Position numbers and translations under genes: made by a program. Positions 29,524 to 39,425 of a stretch of 64,000 nucleotides of DNA are shown here, one piece after another (positions within the stretch are counted from its first letter, which is position 1; every line of letters begins with the position of its first letter). This stretch comes from Candidatus Pelearchaeum maunauluense. GTDB lineage: Archaea > Thermoproteota > Nitrososphaeria_A > Caldarchaeales > Caldarchaeaceae. The notes below the pieces were generated by a model. That model was not told the origin of the DNA. It searched no databases and saw only the letters and a list, made by a program, of their open reading frames with translations. The DNA is taken from positions 175,184 to 239,183 of the forward strand of contig JANVYQ010000002.1 in the NCBI GenBank assembly GCA_030059675.1. The letters are read 5' to 3'.

Positions 29524-31116
29524 CTACTCTTCTTCAACAGTAGTTCTACTTTGTTCGCGTAAGAATGTCAATAGATAGTTGGGTCCCCCTATTCCTTTTC
29601 CAGTTGCGCCGCTGGCTTTCCAGCCGACAAAGGTTTGAGCTCCTGGCCATGCGCCAGTGGTTGCGCCACCCTTCCTGTTGGCATAAACAACACCGAACTG
29701 TATATTCTTCATGAAGTAGTCTATCTCGCTCTTATCTTCAGAGAATATACCAGCTGTAAGCCCATACTCCGTATTATTAGCCTCCTTCAAAGCCTCCTCT
29801 AGACTGCTAAACTCATCAACAAGCAATATGGGTAGGAAAAGTTCTTGCTTAAAGAGCTGATGGTCCCTCTTTAACCCTGTGATTATCGTTGGCTGGACAT
29901 AGTATCCCTTATCATATTCACCACCACTCAGAGCCTCACCGCCATACAGTATCTCGCCACCATCACGCTTAGCCATCTCAATATACTTCTTAAAATTCTC
30001 AAAAGCCCTCTTATTCACCACAGGCCCCATAAAAACATCCCTCCTCCGCGGATCGCCAATCTTCAGAGCGCTCGTCTCTCTAACCAACTCTTCGAGAAAT
30101 CTAGATTTAATATTCTTATGTACGTAGAGCCTTGAAGTGGCTGAGCATTTTTGTCCATCATAGCCGAAGGCTGCTCTGATGACTCCCAAAACTGCTTTTT
30201 TCAAATCAGCTTTCTCAGTCACAATAGTCGGGTTCTTACTGCCCATCTCGAGTAGAATCGGCTTAGGATAAGGCTGGGATGAGGTAAATCTCCTGTAGAG
30301 ACGCATCCCCACATCTCTAGAGCCCGTGAATGCTATGCCAGCAACATCAGGATTCGTGACTACCTCATCCTCAAAGACATCACCAGGACCTGTTACGTAG
30401 TTTATCGCTCCCACATCAACTCCAGCGTCTCGAAAGATTTGGTACAGCATAAGGCCAGATAGAGGTGCCTCGCTTGTGGGCTTGAATACCACAGTATTCC
30501 CTGTTAGTATGGCTCCTTGTATCATACCGTTAGCCAGCATGAATGGGAAGTTGAAAGGTGAAATCACAACCCACACACCATAAGGGAGAGCAACCATCTT
30601 ACATTTCTCACCTGGGCCGCCTGGTCCCATATCCTTCTCATAGCCATTATTCTCCTCCATTATGTTAGCATAGTATCTAAGAGCGTCAACAGCCTCCCAA
30701 CATTCAGCCAGCGCTTCCATCCTATTCTTACCAACCTCATAAGTTATCACAGCAGCTATCTCAAACTTCCTCTCATCTATCAGCTCAGCCGCTCGCCTGA
30801 TTATTCTTACCCTCTCTCTCCAACTCCTACAGGACCAGGACTCGAAAGCTCTCTTAGCCTCTTCAATAGCTTTCTTTATATGCTCCCTGCCTCCACGCTG
30901 GAAATATCCAACAAGTATTGACGTGTCTATAGGGCTTCTATCCTCGAATTCCCCCTCCTCCGAGAAGACCTCCTTACCGCCTATGTACATAGGATAGTGT
31001 TTTCCAAAATACTTGTCCTTCACAACTTCTAGAGCCTTTTCATACGCGGAGTGAAGGCTTTCGTCGGCAAATAATGAGACGTATGTTATCTTTCTCTCGC
31101 TTGACATGCCGCTCAC
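29524..31116 (-). CDS. Aldehyde dehydrogenase, 1-pyrroline-5-carboxylate dehydrogenase type
   Basis: ISPFNFP, FTGS, LEMGSKN, GQKCSA and ELFLP. Confidence 0.85.
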   Translation of the reverse strand: MSGMSSERKITYVSLFADESLHSAYEKALEVVKDKYFGKHYPMYIGGKEVFSEEGEFEDRSPIDTSILVGYFQRGGREHIKKAIEEAKRAFESWSCRSWRERVRIIRRAAELIDERKFEIAAVITYEVGKNRMEALAECWEAVDALRYYANIMEENNGYEKDMGPGGPGEKCKMVALPYGVWVVISPFNFPFMLANGMIQGAILTGNTVVFKPTSEAPLSGLMLYQIFRDAGVDVGAINYVTGPGDVFEDEVVTNPDVAGIAFTGSRDVGMRLYRRFTSSQPYPKPILLEMGSKNPTIVTEKADLKKAVLGVIRAAFGYDGQKCSATSRLYVHKNIKSRFLEELVRETSALKIGDPRRRDVFMGPVVNKRAFENFKKYIEMAKRDGGEILYGGEALSGGEYDKGYYVQPTIITGLKRDHQLFKQELFLPILLVDEFSSLEEALKEANNTEYGLTAGIFSEDKSEIDYFMKNIQFGVVYANRKGGATTGAWPGAQTFVGWKASGATGKGIGGPNYLLTFLREQSRTTVEEE

Positions 31117-31211
31117 CGTATTGGAGATTAAGGGCTGATTAAAGGTTTTACTTTAATATCTGTTGTGCTGTTGAATATTTTATAATTCCTTAGCGAGCTA
31201 CTACTTCACAC

Positions 31212-31604
31212 ATGAACGATGTCGAGCGTCTAGTCAGGAGATTATTTCCAAATGATTTTACTGATAGAGAACGTGCAATTTTCGAAGCTGGTATAGCGCT
31301 TGGCTCTATCGCGCATACTTTGGCTGGCATCCCAATATCCCGCTCAAGAAATCTGCAAGAACAATTTTGCAGAGCGTTAAGTGGTTGTTTCCTGCTTCAG
31401 CCATATAGGAAGCGCGTTAAGATACGGTTTAGAGGTGTGAAGAAAGCCAAGAGACACGAATACGATTACGAAACAGTGTCCCCTGACAAGCTTGACATAA
31501 TCGTTGAGACGCAGTACGGCGATACGATAGTCAGAGCACGCATGCGTTATATCGAGAGACTTGCGTATCCAGTTATGTATGTGGAGAAGGTGAAGGATAG
31601 ATAG
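31212..31604 (+). CDS. mptD: Archaeal dihydroneopterin aldolase (DUF381)
   Basis: TDRERAIFEAGIALG, LQPY and YPVMYVEKV. Confidence 0.8.
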   Translation: MNDVERLVRRLFPNDFTDRERAIFEAGIALGSIAHTLAGIPISRSRNLQEQFCRALSGCFLLQPYRKRVKIRFRGVKKAKRHEYDYETVSPDKLDIIVETQYGDTIVRARMRYIERLAYPVMYVEKVKDR

Positions 31605-32729
31605 CTAGTTGCTGAATATTCTATCACGCAACTCATCCATCAAACCATACTCAACAGACGATAGCCGCTCATAAAACTCTCTTTGTTCCCGCGAGAGTGG
31701 GGTGGGGAGTTGTATTCTTAGCCTAACCTCAAGGTCGCCGCGTCCTCCATCTATTCTGGGCATTCCTTTACCGCGGATGATTAGAGGCTTGTGATAGTTG
31801 TTTGGTGAGAGCTTTACATCAACCGCTCCGTCTAATGTTTTGAGTTTAACAACCCTGCCTGTCGCCACCTCGCTTGGAGAGACTGGTAGTTCAACTATAA
31901 GCTTATCACCATCGCGTCTAAAGACTTTATGCGGAATCATTCTAACCCTAATTCTCAAATCGCCCCTAACTCCTGTTGAGGGGTCTAGCATCCCACGGCC
32001 ACGTAACGTGATTATATGCCCCTCGTCAACACCGCGGGGAATCGTAAAGGTTACTCTTTCTATAATTTCAAGTACTCCAGAGCCTCTGCAATTACCGCAT
32101 TTCTTTCTTATAACCTGGCCAGCGCCATTACAGTTTTCGCATGGTGTTACTGTAGTGAAATATGCAAAGGCTACTTGCCTATGTGAGACTCTCTGACCTG
32201 AGCCGCCGCATGTTGGGCATTTCTCAACCCATCCAGGCTCAGCTCCAGAGCCGCCGCAACGATGGCAGGGAACACGCATAGGTACGTGGATTGTCTTCTC
32301 ACAGCCGTGAAACGCCTCCTCCAGCGAGACCTCCACCTCAACCAACGTTGCAGTAGGCTCGCGTTTAGCTCTGCCAAAACCACCGAAAAAGCGCTCAAAG
32401 AAAGATTCAAAATCACCAAAACCAAGGTCGCGAAAAATCTCCTCAAAATCAAACCTCGTTGTCCTGAAAATATCTTCCTGACTATACTGGCCATGAAGAC
32501 CCGCCTTGCCATACATATCATATAATCGGCGCTTTTCATCATCTGAAAGAACGGCATACGCCTCGCTTATCTTCTTAAACATCTCCTCCGCTTCTGGAGA
32601 CTTATTACGGTCTGGATGATACTTGAGAGCTAGCCTCCTATACGCTCTCTTAATCTCCTCTTTGGTAGCATTACGTGGCACGCCTAAGATTTCATAGTAA
32701 TCCTCACTATCGTAGGACAAGGCTTCCAT
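31605..32729 (-). CDS. dnaJ: Chaperone DnaJ
   Basis: J-domain HPD and four CxxCxGxG repeats. Confidence 0.96.
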   Translation of the reverse strand: MEALSYDSEDYYEILGVPRNATKEEIKRAYRRLALKYHPDRNKSPEAEEMFKKISEAYAVLSDDEKRRLYDMYGKAGLHGQYSQEDIFRTTRFDFEEIFRDLGFGDFESFFERFFGGFGRAKREPTATLVEVEVSLEEAFHGCEKTIHVPMRVPCHRCGGSGAEPGWVEKCPTCGGSGQRVSHRQVAFAYFTTVTPCENCNGAGQVIRKKCGNCRGSGVLEIIERVTFTIPRGVDEGHIITLRGRGMLDPSTGVRGDLRIRVRMIPHKVFRRDGDKLIVELPVSPSEVATGRVVKLKTLDGAVDVKLSPNNYHKPLIIRGKGMPRIDGGRGDLEVRLRIQLPTPLSREQREFYERLSSVEYGLMDELRDRIFSN

Positions 32730-32789
32730 CTCCGAAAGTGCGATGGTTATTTAAAGACTTTCAAAAATAATGCGAAGTGGATATTTAGC

Positions 32790-34589
32790 CTAGGTTTTGT
32801 CTTCCCCTTCTTTCTTCCCTTCGCCTTCCTTCCCACTTTGCCCATATATTGTTGTTCCTATCTTTTGGGCGGATTTTCTGAGCTTCTCCATCTTCTCTTT
32901 GATGGCTTGTATATCACTTCCTTTTAGGGCTTCTCGAAGCTCCCTAGCCGCTTCCTCAACTTCTTGTTTAACTTCTGCTGGAGCTTTATCACCAAATTCC
33001 GTGAGAGCTTTCTCTGCTGTGTAGAGTAGCGCGTCTGCCTCATTACGTAATTCTGCTTCTTGACGCTTCTTCCTATCCTGCTCGGCAAACTGCTCAGCCT
33101 CGCGCACCATACGCTCAACCTCTTCACGCGATAGCCTATGTGGCGCTGTTATCTTAACACTAACATCCTTCCCTGTCCCAAGGTCCTTCGCGGTAACTGT
33201 TAGTATTCCATCAGCATTTATGTCAAACGTCACTTCTATCTTCGGAACACCACGTGGCGCTGGAGGTATTCCACTAAGAGTAAATCTACCCAGGGATATG
33301 TTGTCGGCGGCCATCTGCCTCTCCCCCTGTAGTACATGAATCTCAACGCTGGTTTGGAAGTCTGCTGCAGTTGTAAATATTTGGCTACGCCTTACTGGTA
33401 TCGTGGTATTCCTCTCAATTATAGGTGTAAATATTCCGCCGAGTGTCTCAACGCCTAAAGTGAGTGGGACAACATCTAGGAGAACTATTTCCCTATCCTT
33501 CATCTCTCCGCTGAGTATTGCTGCTTGTATAGCAGCACCCATGGCAACGCATTCCATCGGATCTATCCCGCGCTCAGGTTCTTTCCCCATGACGCTCTTT
33601 ATGAACTCGCGTATTATGGGCATCCGGGTTGGCCCACCCACTAGTATTATCTTATCTATGTCCTCCGGCTTCATCTTAGCGTCTTGGAGAGCCTGCATCA
33701 TAGGGCCGCGGCAGCGCTCCACGATGGGTCTAACAAGCTCCTCAAGCGTGGCGCGTGTAAGCCGCATATAGAGATGCTTAGGGCCTGAGGAGTCATAAGC
33801 TATGTATGGTAGGTTTATCTCCGTCTCCGTGGTGCTTGAGAGCTCTATCTTAGCCCTCTCCGCAGCCTCAGCTATCCTATTCATAGCCGAGGCATCTTTA
33901 CGGAGGTCTATCCCACTCTCCTGCTTATACCTATCAACGATGTAATTTATTAGAGCGCGGTCCATGTCTGTTCCGCCCAGCTGCGTGTCCCCTGATGTGG
34001 CTTTTACCTCAAAGACACCCTGCCCAAACTCCATTATTGTTATGTCCAGCGTCCCACCACCTAAGTCAAAGACCATTATGCGCATTTCTTTATCCTGTTT
34101 ATCAAGCCCATACGCCAAAGCTGCTGCTGTAGGCTCGTTGATTATCCTTACTACCTCAAGCCCAGCTATCTTTCCAGCATCCTTAGTGGCTTGTCTCTGG
34201 TTGTCGTTAAAGTATGCGGGTACTGTAATTACTGCCTTCTTAACCTCCTCACCCAAGAAAGCCTCGGCGTCCTTCTTGATTTTCTGAAGAAGAAATGCTG
34301 ATAGTTGCTCAGGAGCGTATTCTTTGCCGTATATCTTATAACGGTAGTCTGTTCCCATCTTACGTTTCCACGCTGTTACAGTGCCCTCTGGGTTGAGTAT
34401 TGCTTGTCTTCTCGCAGGCTCGCCGACCAGTAGCTCTCCTTCTTTGGTGAAAGCAACATATGAAGGGAATGCCTTACCATATAATGTGACGCCTTCCGTT
34501 GATGGTATTATTGTTGGTCTCCCACCTATCACCACAGCTGCGGCGGAGTTGCTAGTCCCTAGGTCTATTCCGATTATTTTCTCAGCCAT
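32790..34589 (-). CDS. dnaK: Chaperone DnaK
   Basis: [17 protein letters not shown] and DLGGGT. Confidence 0.98.
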   Translation of the reverse strand: MAEKIIGIDLGTSNSAAAVVIGGRPTIIPSTEGVTLYGKAFPSYVAFTKEGELLVGEPARRQAILNPEGTVTAWKRKMGTDYRYKIYGKEYAPEQLSAFLLQKIKKDAEAFLGEEVKKAVITVPAYFNDNQRQATKDAGKIAGLEVVRIINEPTAAALAYGLDKQDKEMRIMVFDLGGGTLDITIMEFGQGVFEVKATSGDTQLGGTDMDRALINYIVDRYKQESGIDLRKDASAMNRIAEAAERAKIELSSTTETEINLPYIAYDSSGPKHLYMRLTRATLEELVRPIVERCRGPMMQALQDAKMKPEDIDKIILVGGPTRMPIIREFIKSVMGKEPERGIDPMECVAMGAAIQAAILSGEMKDREIVLLDVVPLTLGVETLGGIFTPIIERNTTIPVRRSQIFTTAADFQTSVEIHVLQGERQMAADNISLGRFTLSGIPPAPRGVPKIEVTFDINADGILTVTAKDLGTGKDVSVKITAPHRLSREEVERMVREAEQFAEQDRKKRQEAELRNEADALLYTAEKALTEFGDKAPAEVKQEVEEAARELREALKGSDIQAIKEKMEKLRKSAQKIGTTIYGQSGKEGEGKKEGEDKT

Positions 34590-34682
34590 ACCAAACCACC
34601 GTTAAACTAGGCAAACAGGAAGCACAACCTTATTGTAATTTGCCAGCCTGGATAAGTTATGCGCTGCTCTAAGATTAAAAGA

Positions 34683-35174
34683 TTACGTGCCATCTCGCCG
34701 TCTCCTCGCAACTTTCACTTTAGGCGTCTTAAGAAGCCTATCTGCCAGCATATAGCCATGCTCTATCTCCTCCACCACAACACCATCCTCCGCGTCTTCA
34801 CGCTCCTCAAAGGCCACGGCCTCGTGCATGAAGGGGTCAAAAGGCTTACCCACAACCTCCATACGCTTAATCCCCTCAGACTCTAGTAGAGATTCTGCCT
34901 GTCTAAGGATTAGACGCAGCCCATCCGCTAATACAAATGGATTATCAGTGTTGGGAAGGCTCTCAACGGCTCGTCGTAAATCTTCATAGATAGCTATGAA
35001 CTTGCGCATTACCCTCTCTATCGCGCCAAGCCTCGCCCGCTCCATCTCGCGTTCCATTAGCTTCCTCATGTTTTCGATTTCCGCTTGCAAGTAGAGGAGA
35101 CGCTCACGTAACTCGCTGTTCTCCTCCTCCAACTTTTTTATTCTCTCCTCAGTAGGCTGTTCTTCAGACGACAA
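34683..35174 (-). CDS. grpE: Nucleotide exchange factor GrpE
   Basis: AEIENMRK and FDPFMHEA; located upstream of dnaK. Confidence 0.95.
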   Translation of the reverse strand: MSSEEQPTEERIKKLEEENSELRERLLYLQAEIENMRKLMEREMERARLGAIERVMRKFIAIYEDLRRAVESLPNTDNPFVLADGLRLILRQAESLLESEGIKRMEVVGKPFDPFMHEAVAFEEREDAEDGVVVEEIEHGYMLADRLLKTPKVKVARRRRDGT

Positions 35175-35238
35175 AGCCGGCGCTAATAGAGGCGCTGCGT
35201 AGGCTTTATTAAAGTATTAACCACCATAATACCTAGCT

Positions 35239-36126
35239 TTGAAATTCAGCGTCGCGTTTGAGGCGGAAGAGCCGCATCTATATTTTGAGCCAATACGATT
35301 GGCGCGGCTAGGCGGTTTATGGTCTGTTCAAATCTATGAACACCTGCCATACAGCCCAGCATGGCCTATGGTTTTTCATATAGCGTCAACATGCGACGCC
35401 ATAAGACTAGGACCAGTGACTGTTCCAGTCTTCCTCTACAGTCCAGAGCAGCTATCCCGCTATGTGCGTTTGTTGCTTAAGATAGCTACGCGAGGTGTGG
35501 TCTTAGGAATATCAAGGGGCGCGTTCGCAGAAACGTTGGGATATAAGGTTGATAGAAGCCGAGAACGTGTAGTTTTGTTTATCAGAAGGCTGGGAGAACT
35601 TCTTAAAGATATACTTGCTGAAAATAGGCTGGTAATATATGTGGGGACATCAGGTCCTAAGCTGGCTTACGAGGCTGCCTCCATACCCTATGTGAATGGA
35701 ATCGTGGTGGATAGTCTATGGAACGAGAAATACGCCGAGAAGATGCGTAAGATAATTGATGAATCATGCATCGAGGCTGGCAGAGACCCTCGTGAGGTTG
35801 AGTTGGTTGCTCGGCCATATATGGTTATTGATAACGATATAGCTTTGGCAGGTGAGATTTCCAAGCATATTCTAAAGATAGTGGGCAAGTCCAAATTATT
35901 GGAGGAAGCGGGGATTGCTGATAAAAAGCCAGGCGAATTTAGCAGTATGGAGCAATTTAAGCGGGTTTATGGGAAACTAATAGCGTGTGGGGATAGGGGG
36001 ACTCTATTGGAAGGGTCTAAAGCCTTAGGAAGGGCTGGCGTGAATCATATAGTCTTTGGGATACCTCGGATGAGGATGGCATCAAGATACGTGACTGAAG
36101 TAGTCTCGTTAGCCGCTTCGTGGTAA
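35239..36126 (+). CDS. LLM-class flavin/F420-dependent oxidoreductase (Mer-like)
   Basis: IRLGPVT, LGISRG, IYVGTSGPK and AGRDP. Confidence 0.7.
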   Translation: MKFSVAFEAEEPHLYFEPIRLARLGGLWSVQIYEHLPYSPAWPMVFHIASTCDAIRLGPVTVPVFLYSPEQLSRYVRLLLKIATRGVVLGISRGAFAETLGYKVDRSRERVVLFIRRLGELLKDILAENRLVIYVGTSGPKLAYEAASIPYVNGIVVDSLWNEKYAEKMRKIIDESCIEAGRDPREVELVARPYMVIDNDIALAGEISKHILKIVGKSKLLEEAGIADKKPGEFSSMEQFKRVYGKLIACGDRGTLLEGSKALGRAGVNHIVFGIPRMRMASRYVTEVVSLAASW

Positions 36127-36222
36127 TCTAAAAATACCATTGTAGTATTCTAGAAAGACGAATCCCCCTAGCCTGAGATAACAATATATCAATCTAATAG
36201 AGGGTTTTAATTAGCGGAGAGA

Positions 36223-37416
36223 ATGCCAGCAACCCCTACCGACGGTGCAGACAGGATTCTTATCCTAGTCGTTGACCGAGACGACGACCTAGGGGTTAAG
36301 GCACATGTTAAGAGCCCAGTAATAGGCCGTGAGGCTAACCTTGAAGCTGCTATGAAGCTGGCCCTAGCAGACCCAGAAGATTCCGACGCCAACACAATCT
36401 TCTCTGCTGTGAAGCTGTATGATGAGATGAAGAATACTCATAAGTCAGGTGTAATAGAGATAGCCACGGTAACAGGGGACCCGCGTGAAGGTGTGGAGGC
36501 GGACTTAAAAATCTCCAACGAGCTGAGAGAGATTCTTCAAAGATTTCCAGCAAATAAATGTGTATTCGTGAGTGATGGCGCCACAGACGCGCTTGTCACA
36601 CCTATTGTAGGCTCTCAAGTGAGCATAGTATCTGTTAAGCGTGTTATCGTGAGGCAGAGTCAGAGCATTGAGCAGGCTTGGCTGCTGCTGAGTCGTTATC
36701 TAAGACTCGCTACGACAGACCCGCGTTATACCAAGATTTTCTTGGGAGTACCTGGGATTTTTATCGCAGCAATAGGGCTTCTATACGCTCTTGGTCTTGC
36801 CAACCTCCCTGCCATACTCCTTACAGTGGGCATAATTCTAATCTCGAGGGGCTTTGGATTAGACCAGGTTATACTGCGTTCTGTAAAAAACTTCAGCAAG
36901 CTCTCTCAGATGGCTTCCATAGCGCAGATGAGGCTTTATGCATCGCTTGCGGCTTTGGCGGTTTTCTTGATAGCTATTTATACAGGTACGGCAGCAGCTT
37001 TGGAGCGGCTTCAGGCGCTTAATCCAACAGAAGCGCAACTTAGGGATGCGGCTTACATACTCTCAGTTTTTCCAAAACTTCTCGGTGCTTTCATAGTAGT
37101 TAGCATAGACTTCATAACGGTCAGCGTGTTGCTAGTAGTAATCTCAAACCTACTTTACTACCTATTCATAAGACACCCAAGATTTTGGAGAACCATACAG
37201 GCTGGAGTCGCCTCAATATGGCTATGGGCTCTGCTTAAACGAGCTGGAATACTTCTGGAGATGGAGACTATACCATCACCAACAGACCCGGTTGTTATAC
37301 TCTTCTTACTCACTGGAGTATTTGGGGTTTTCACACTAGCTATAACCTTCGCGCTTACGCGGACATTGCAGCGAATATATTCAAAGCAGTTTAGACGTCC
37401 TAGGCTGGTGAAGTGA
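36223..37416 (+). CDS. DUF373-family membrane protein
   Basis: VDRDDDLG, DPEDSDAN and VRQSQSIE; adjacent to uppS. Confidence 0.88.
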   Translation: MPATPTDGADRILILVVDRDDDLGVKAHVKSPVIGREANLEAAMKLALADPEDSDANTIFSAVKLYDEMKNTHKSGVIEIATVTGDPREGVEADLKISNELREILQRFPANKCVFVSDGATDALVTPIVGSQVSIVSVKRVIVRQSQSIEQAWLLLSRYLRLATTDPRYTKIFLGVPGIFIAAIGLLYALGLANLPAILLTVGIILISRGFGLDQVILRSVKNFSKLSQMASIAQMRLYASLAALAVFLIAIYTGTAAALERLQALNPTEAQLRDAAYILSVFPKLLGAFIVVSIDFITVSVLLVVISNLLYYLFIRHPRFWRTIQAGVASIWLWALLKRAGILLEMETIPSPTDPVVILFLLTGVFGVFTLAITFALTRTLQRIYSKQFRRPRLVK

Positions 37417-38201
37417 GTATGCTCCGCACTCTTCTCCGCGCTCTTGGTAATTATTGGCTTTATGAGAAGTGGCTATACGCGCAGGTTAGGAAAAAACCTT
37501 TGCCAAGGCATGTGGCTCTGATATTGGATGGAAACAGGCGTTGGGCGCGGAAACGCGGCTGGCCTCCCTGGGTTGGGCATAGAGTGGGCGCAGACAAAGT
37601 TGAGGAGGTGCTAAACTATATCTACGAACTGGGCATAGAGACAGTAACATTATACGTACTCTCAACCGAGAACCTTAAGCGGCAATCGGAGGAGGTTAGA
37701 GAGCTTCTAAACCTAATAAAAGAACGCGCAGACGAACTCAGGAGAAATCCGCGCATACATCGCAATCAGGTTAGGGTGCGTGTAATAGGCAGAATTCATC
37801 TCCTACCCAGCGACGTGAGACGCTCCCTCAGGATGCTTGAGGAAGCAACAGCAAACTACTCAAAGCATTTTCTCAATATAGCGGTAGCGTATGGTGGGAG
37901 AGCCGAGATAGTGGATGCGGTAAGGATGATAGCGGAGAAGGCTAAACAGGGACTTCTAAACGTTCAATCCATAGATGAAAAGACCATAGAACAACATCTA
38001 TACACCTATGGCCTGCCACAGCCAAACCCCGAGCTAATCATAAGAACTTCGGGAGAAGAGCGTATAAGTAACTTCTTCCTCTGGCAGTCGGCGTATAGCG
38101 AGTTTGTCTTCCAAGATGTTTATTGGCCTGATTTTAGAAAGATAGACCTGCTTAGAGCTATTAGGACGTTCCAGCAGAGGGAGAGGCGTATGGGGATTTA
38201 G
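37413..38201 (+). CDS. uppS: cis-prenyltransferase
   Basis: ILDGNRRWA, AYGGRAEI and RTSGEERISNF. Confidence 0.95.
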   Translation: MSMLRTLLRALGNYWLYEKWLYAQVRKKPLPRHVALILDGNRRWARKRGWPPWVGHRVGADKVEEVLNYIYELGIETVTLYVLSTENLKRQSEEVRELLNLIKERADELRRNPRIHRNQVRVRVIGRIHLLPSDVRRSLRMLEEATANYSKHFLNIAVAYGGRAEIVDAVRMIAEKAKQGLLNVQSIDEKTIEQHLYTYGLPQPNPELIIRTSGEERISNFFLWQSAYSEFVFQDVYWPDFRKIDLLRAIRTFQQRERRMGI

Positions 38202-39283
38202 GACGTTATCGCATCGCTTAACTCTACTATTGGCTTAAGCCCTTCACGCCTAACCATGTACATATCCTCAACCTTCACGCCAAACCTTCCAGGGAGATAT
38301 ACTGCTGGCTCTAGTGTTATGACCGCGCCCTCAGGTATCAAGTCGCGGCTGTAGGGGGATATTAGCGGCGGTTCGTGATGCTCAAGCCCTATACCGTGGC
38401 CTTGAACGTTGCTGGAGCTATCTTCAAACCCAGCCTCGCGGAGGACTGAGCGCATGTTTTCATCTACGGCGAGGCTTGAAGTCCACGAAGTAGCCGACTC
38501 CACGCCACGTTGCCTGGCTTTTAACACCGCCTCATATACACGCTGCACATCGCTGGGAGGCCTTCCACCCACGTAGAATGTTCGGCAGAGGTCAGAGAGA
38601 TAACCACCAACGGCTACACCCAAATCCACGACTACCAGCTCACCCTCGCGTACAGTCTCGTCTATAGCTGTATTATCTGGAAGAGCTGTTCTACTTCCAT
38701 TCTTTATGATTGGGCCGAAGGCTAGGCTATCCGCACCCTGCCTAAACGCCTCCTCCGCTATGGCAGCCTTAATCTCGCGCGTCGTAGTTCCTACAGTGAG
38801 AAATTCTCTCACGAACTCTAGAGTTACTGCGGCTATCTCGCAAGCTTTCCTGAGTAGTTCCATCTCCTCCTCGCCCTTTATCTGACGTAAACGCCAAATC
38901 AGCTCGCTTGCGGATGTTAGTAATAGGTTGGGAGATTTGGAGACTATGTCGCGGTAGCCTTCCGCCGAGAGGAAGTCATACCCAACAGCGGCTCTCCTGC
39001 CCCCCAGAGCCTCAAAAACCTCCTGCATAGGGTCTCGTTTAGGTGAGGTAACCACAACCTGCACACTGCTGGAGGCTTCATTCTCGGCCCTCTCCCTATA
39101 GACTGGGTGAACTCGCAGCTCGGCGCTGCCATCAGAAGAGACTAGCAGCGCTCCCCCGCCTCCGAATCCAGTGAAGTAAAGTATGTTGGATGGCTTGAGG
39201 AGGAGTAGAATATCTATAGAATTCTCTATCAGAAGCTCAGACAAGCGCGAAATTCTCTCATCATAGTTGAAACGTCCAACCAT
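38198..39283 (-). CDS. Xaa-Pro peptidase (M24B)
   Basis: DLG, SDLCRT, GHGIGLEHHE, EP and VED. The start is probably the ATG at 39283. Confidence 0.85.
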   Translation of the reverse strand: MVGRFNYDERISRLSELLIENSIDILLLLKPSNILYFTGFGGGGALLVSSDGSAELRVHPVYRERAENEASSSVQVVVTSPKRDPMQEVFEALGGRRAAVGYDFLSAEGYRDIVSKSPNLLLTSASELIWRLRQIKGEEEMELLRKACEIAAVTLEFVREFLTVGTTTREIKAAIAEEAFRQGADSLAFGPIIKNGSRTALPDNTAIDETVREGELVVVDLGVAVGGYLSDLCRTFYVGGRPPSDVQRVYEAVLKARQRGVESATSWTSSLAVDENMRSVLREAGFEDSSSNVQGHGIGLEHHEPPLISPYSRDLIPEGAVITLEPAVYLPGRFGVKVEDMYMVRREGLKPIVELSDAITS

Positions 39284-39425
39284 GAGTAGCTTCCAGAAAG
39301 AATAAGGGATGATAGCGTAAGATATATGATTGTTGCTCATCACAGTATAACGGATGGACTTTTCGAATATCACGAGCTGGGGCAAGGATAAATATGGCTT
39401 GACAACATCTTCCTAGTCCGTAATC

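Noticed and set aside
31212-36126. mptD + Mer-like gene + RFAP synthase fragment as a methanopterin C1 pathway
   Set aside because: The genes are unlinked, the RFAP piece is a foreign fragment, and LLM enzymes are functionally diverse.
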